IMG/VR virus record: IMGVR_UViG_3300001868_000222
Span: 1-39,670 of that record
Reading direction: 5' to 3' (one strand)
DNA length: 39,670 bases
DNA from: a virus
Taxonomy: Duplodnaviria; Caudoviricetes
Part shown: positions 38,226-39,670 of the stretch, one piece after another
How the letters are laid out: each line of letters starts with the position of its first letter
How positions within the stretch are numbered: position 1 is the first letter of the stretch
Translations under genes and position numbers: made by a program
Notes under the pieces: model-generated
Told to the model about the DNA's origin: nothing
What the model saw: only the letters and a program-made list of their open reading frames with translations
The model's database searches: none

Positions 38226-38597
38226 TTATGAATTGAATAAGTAATCTGTCTCATCTCCTTTTCTTACCCTTGCCTGTGCTGTTTTCAATGTCCTAGTCCT
38301 GATAACCGGAACCTTTGAGATCTCTGCAGAAATAGTAAGCAGGACGAAGAATATTGCAACAAAGGATTTTGAAAGTGGCGACAAGTCATAGGATATATTG
38401 AACGACTTGCAAAACCACCAGGCGCTTAACTCATTCGATTTGGTACATTCAGTCTTTTTGTAAATGGATTGAATGTGCTTATCGACCGTTTTTCTACTTA
38501 CAAAAAGTTTATCGGCCACCTCCTTTTGTGAAGCTCCCCAAGCTATTCTTTCGGCTACTCTTGTTTCACATCGTGTGAGTTTTGCTGCAGGGTTCAT
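38226..38597 (-). CDS. LuxR-type HTH regulator
   Basis: LTRCETRVA...GASQKEVADKLFVSRKTVDKHIQSIYKK. Confidence 0.85.
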   Translation of the reverse strand: MNPAAKLTRCETRVAERIAWGASQKEVADKLFVSRKTVDKHIQSIYKKTECTKSNELSAWWFCKSFNISYDLSPLSKSFVAIFFVLLTISAEISKVPVIRTRTLKTAQARVRKGDETDYLFNS

Positions 38598-38827
38598 TCC
38601 TCTATATTATTATCCCAGATGTCTGTAATCCCATGTGAACTAAAAATGAGTTTTATGGCTTTGACTTCCTCATAATCCGGAATCACTTTACCATTTACCC
38701 GATCACCGAACGAAGTCCGGCTATATACTTTCAGCGCCACCATCAGTTGCGCTCTTATCTTTTTAGCATCTCCCTTTGTCACCTGGAGCCAACCCTTCTT
38801 GAAACTGTATTTGTTCGATGTATTCAT
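38594..38827 (-). CDS. Cro-like small regulator
   Basis: 77 aa, first gene divergent from CI. Confidence 0.6.
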   Translation of the reverse strand: MNTSNKYSFKKGWLQVTKGDAKKIRAQLMVALKVYSRTSFGDRVNGKVIPDYEEVKAIKLIFSSHGITDIWDNNIEE

Positions 38828-38886
38828 ATTCTTTTGATTGTTAATAAAAAATCAGGTGTTTTCCTTATGATTTAACTTTTATTTTG

Positions 38887-38946
38887 CCTTACATTTGTTC
38901 GGTTCTACCTTACATATGTAAGTTTAAAACTTACCTTGCAAATATA
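38887..38946. promoter_or_regulatory. Genetic switch: opposing -7 boxes and palindromic operator
   Basis: TACATTTG (+, 38890-38897), CTTACATATGTAAG (38909-38922), TATATTTG (-, 38939-38946). Confidence 0.6.
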
Positions 38947-39013
38947 GAGTGATACTCGACAATAAGCAAGTGATTTCGATTAATAATCTAATTATTTTAT
39001 AAAATAATTTTAT

Positions 39014-39670
39014 ATGTCTGTCAAAGAGCGCATTGTAGAATTCACAAAGCACATAAATATGAGTATATCTGCCTTTGAAAAGCAATGTGGCCTATCTAAT
39101 GGATATTTTGGAAAAGTAAATGATATTAGTGACAAAAAATTAGAGAGTATTACTCGAATATATCCTGAGTTAAATCCAGTTTGGCTGAAGATGGGAATAG
39201 GCGAAATGATTAAACAAGACATTGAAATAGACGAAAGAGAAAAATTTAAACTGAATCATATAAATCCAGAAGAAACAGCCAACACTATCCCATTACTACC
39301 GATATCCGCTTTTGCCGGAAAACTAAACGATTTCAAAGTGTCTATAAAAGAATCTGATTGTGAAAGAATTATTTCGCCAATCAAGAATGCTGATTTTGCC
39401 TTGACTGTCTATGGAGATTCAATGCAACCGGAATACCAGTCCGGATCACAAATCCTGGTAAAGAAAATAGATGAAACTGCCTTTATCGATTGGGGAAAAG
39501 TGTATGTGATTGATACCTTAAATGGTACACTGATCAAAAAGATAATCCCTTCATCAAAAGAAGGATATATCAGATGTTTATCAATTAATCCAGAATATCC
39601 ACCGGTTGAAGTCCCTCTTACAAGTGTTTTTGGAATTTACAGAGTAATGTTATGTATGTCAATGAAATAA
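39014..39670 (+). CDS. cI: CI-like repressor (HTH plus S24 peptidase)
   Basis: N-terminal HTH, AG cleavage site (SAFAG), GDSMQP Ser, LIKK Lys. Confidence 0.9.
   Translation: MSVKERIVEFTKHINMSISAFEKQCGLSNGYFGKVNDISDKKLESITRIYPELNPVWLKMGIGEMIKQDIEIDEREKFKLNHINPEETANTIPLLPISAFAGKLNDFKVSIKESDCERIISPIKNADFALTVYGDSMQPEYQSGSQILVKKIDETAFIDWGKVYVIDTLNGTLIKKIIPSSKEGYIRCLSINPEYPPVEVPLTSVFGIYRVMLCMSMK

Larger units (their letters stand above)
1..39670. mobile_element. Temperate tailed phage / prophage, probably Bacteroidota host
   Basis: Integrase, CI/Cro switch, primase-helicase, terminase, capsid, portal, tape measure, tail fibre and lysis genes; no host housekeeping genes; TAnnTTTG boxes. Confidence 0.93.

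Overview
This window is an essentially complete ~39.7 kb temperate tailed phage genome (siphovirus-like, probably Bacteroidota host, judged from TAnnTTTG promoter boxes and gene content). It starts at the first base of a tyrosine integrase and ends at the stop of a CI-like repressor. Almost everything between is on the minus strand: switch/early genes, a primase-helicase, a DnaA-domain-IV-like protein, an iteron origin, head genes, terminase, portal, neck/tail genes, tape measure, lysis cassette, a long tail fibre with C-terminal autocleaving chaperone and an orphan N6-adenine methyltransferase. Most notable: (1) an AT-rich two-gene insertion (SDH/ClpP-fold protease with a CxxC-CxxC tail plus a 68-aa partner), a candidate defence system; (2) four exactly spaced GTCCTTT-N20-TATYWTYG boxes before late operons, plus a candidate activator; (3) a ~130-nt nested stem-loop that can bury the methyltransferase start codon; (4) two aberrant tRNA-like RNAs; (5) a T10 slippery tract at a tail-fibre domain boundary; (6) apparent CTGCAG enrichment. 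Protein calls come from recognised motifs and synteny; no searches were run.
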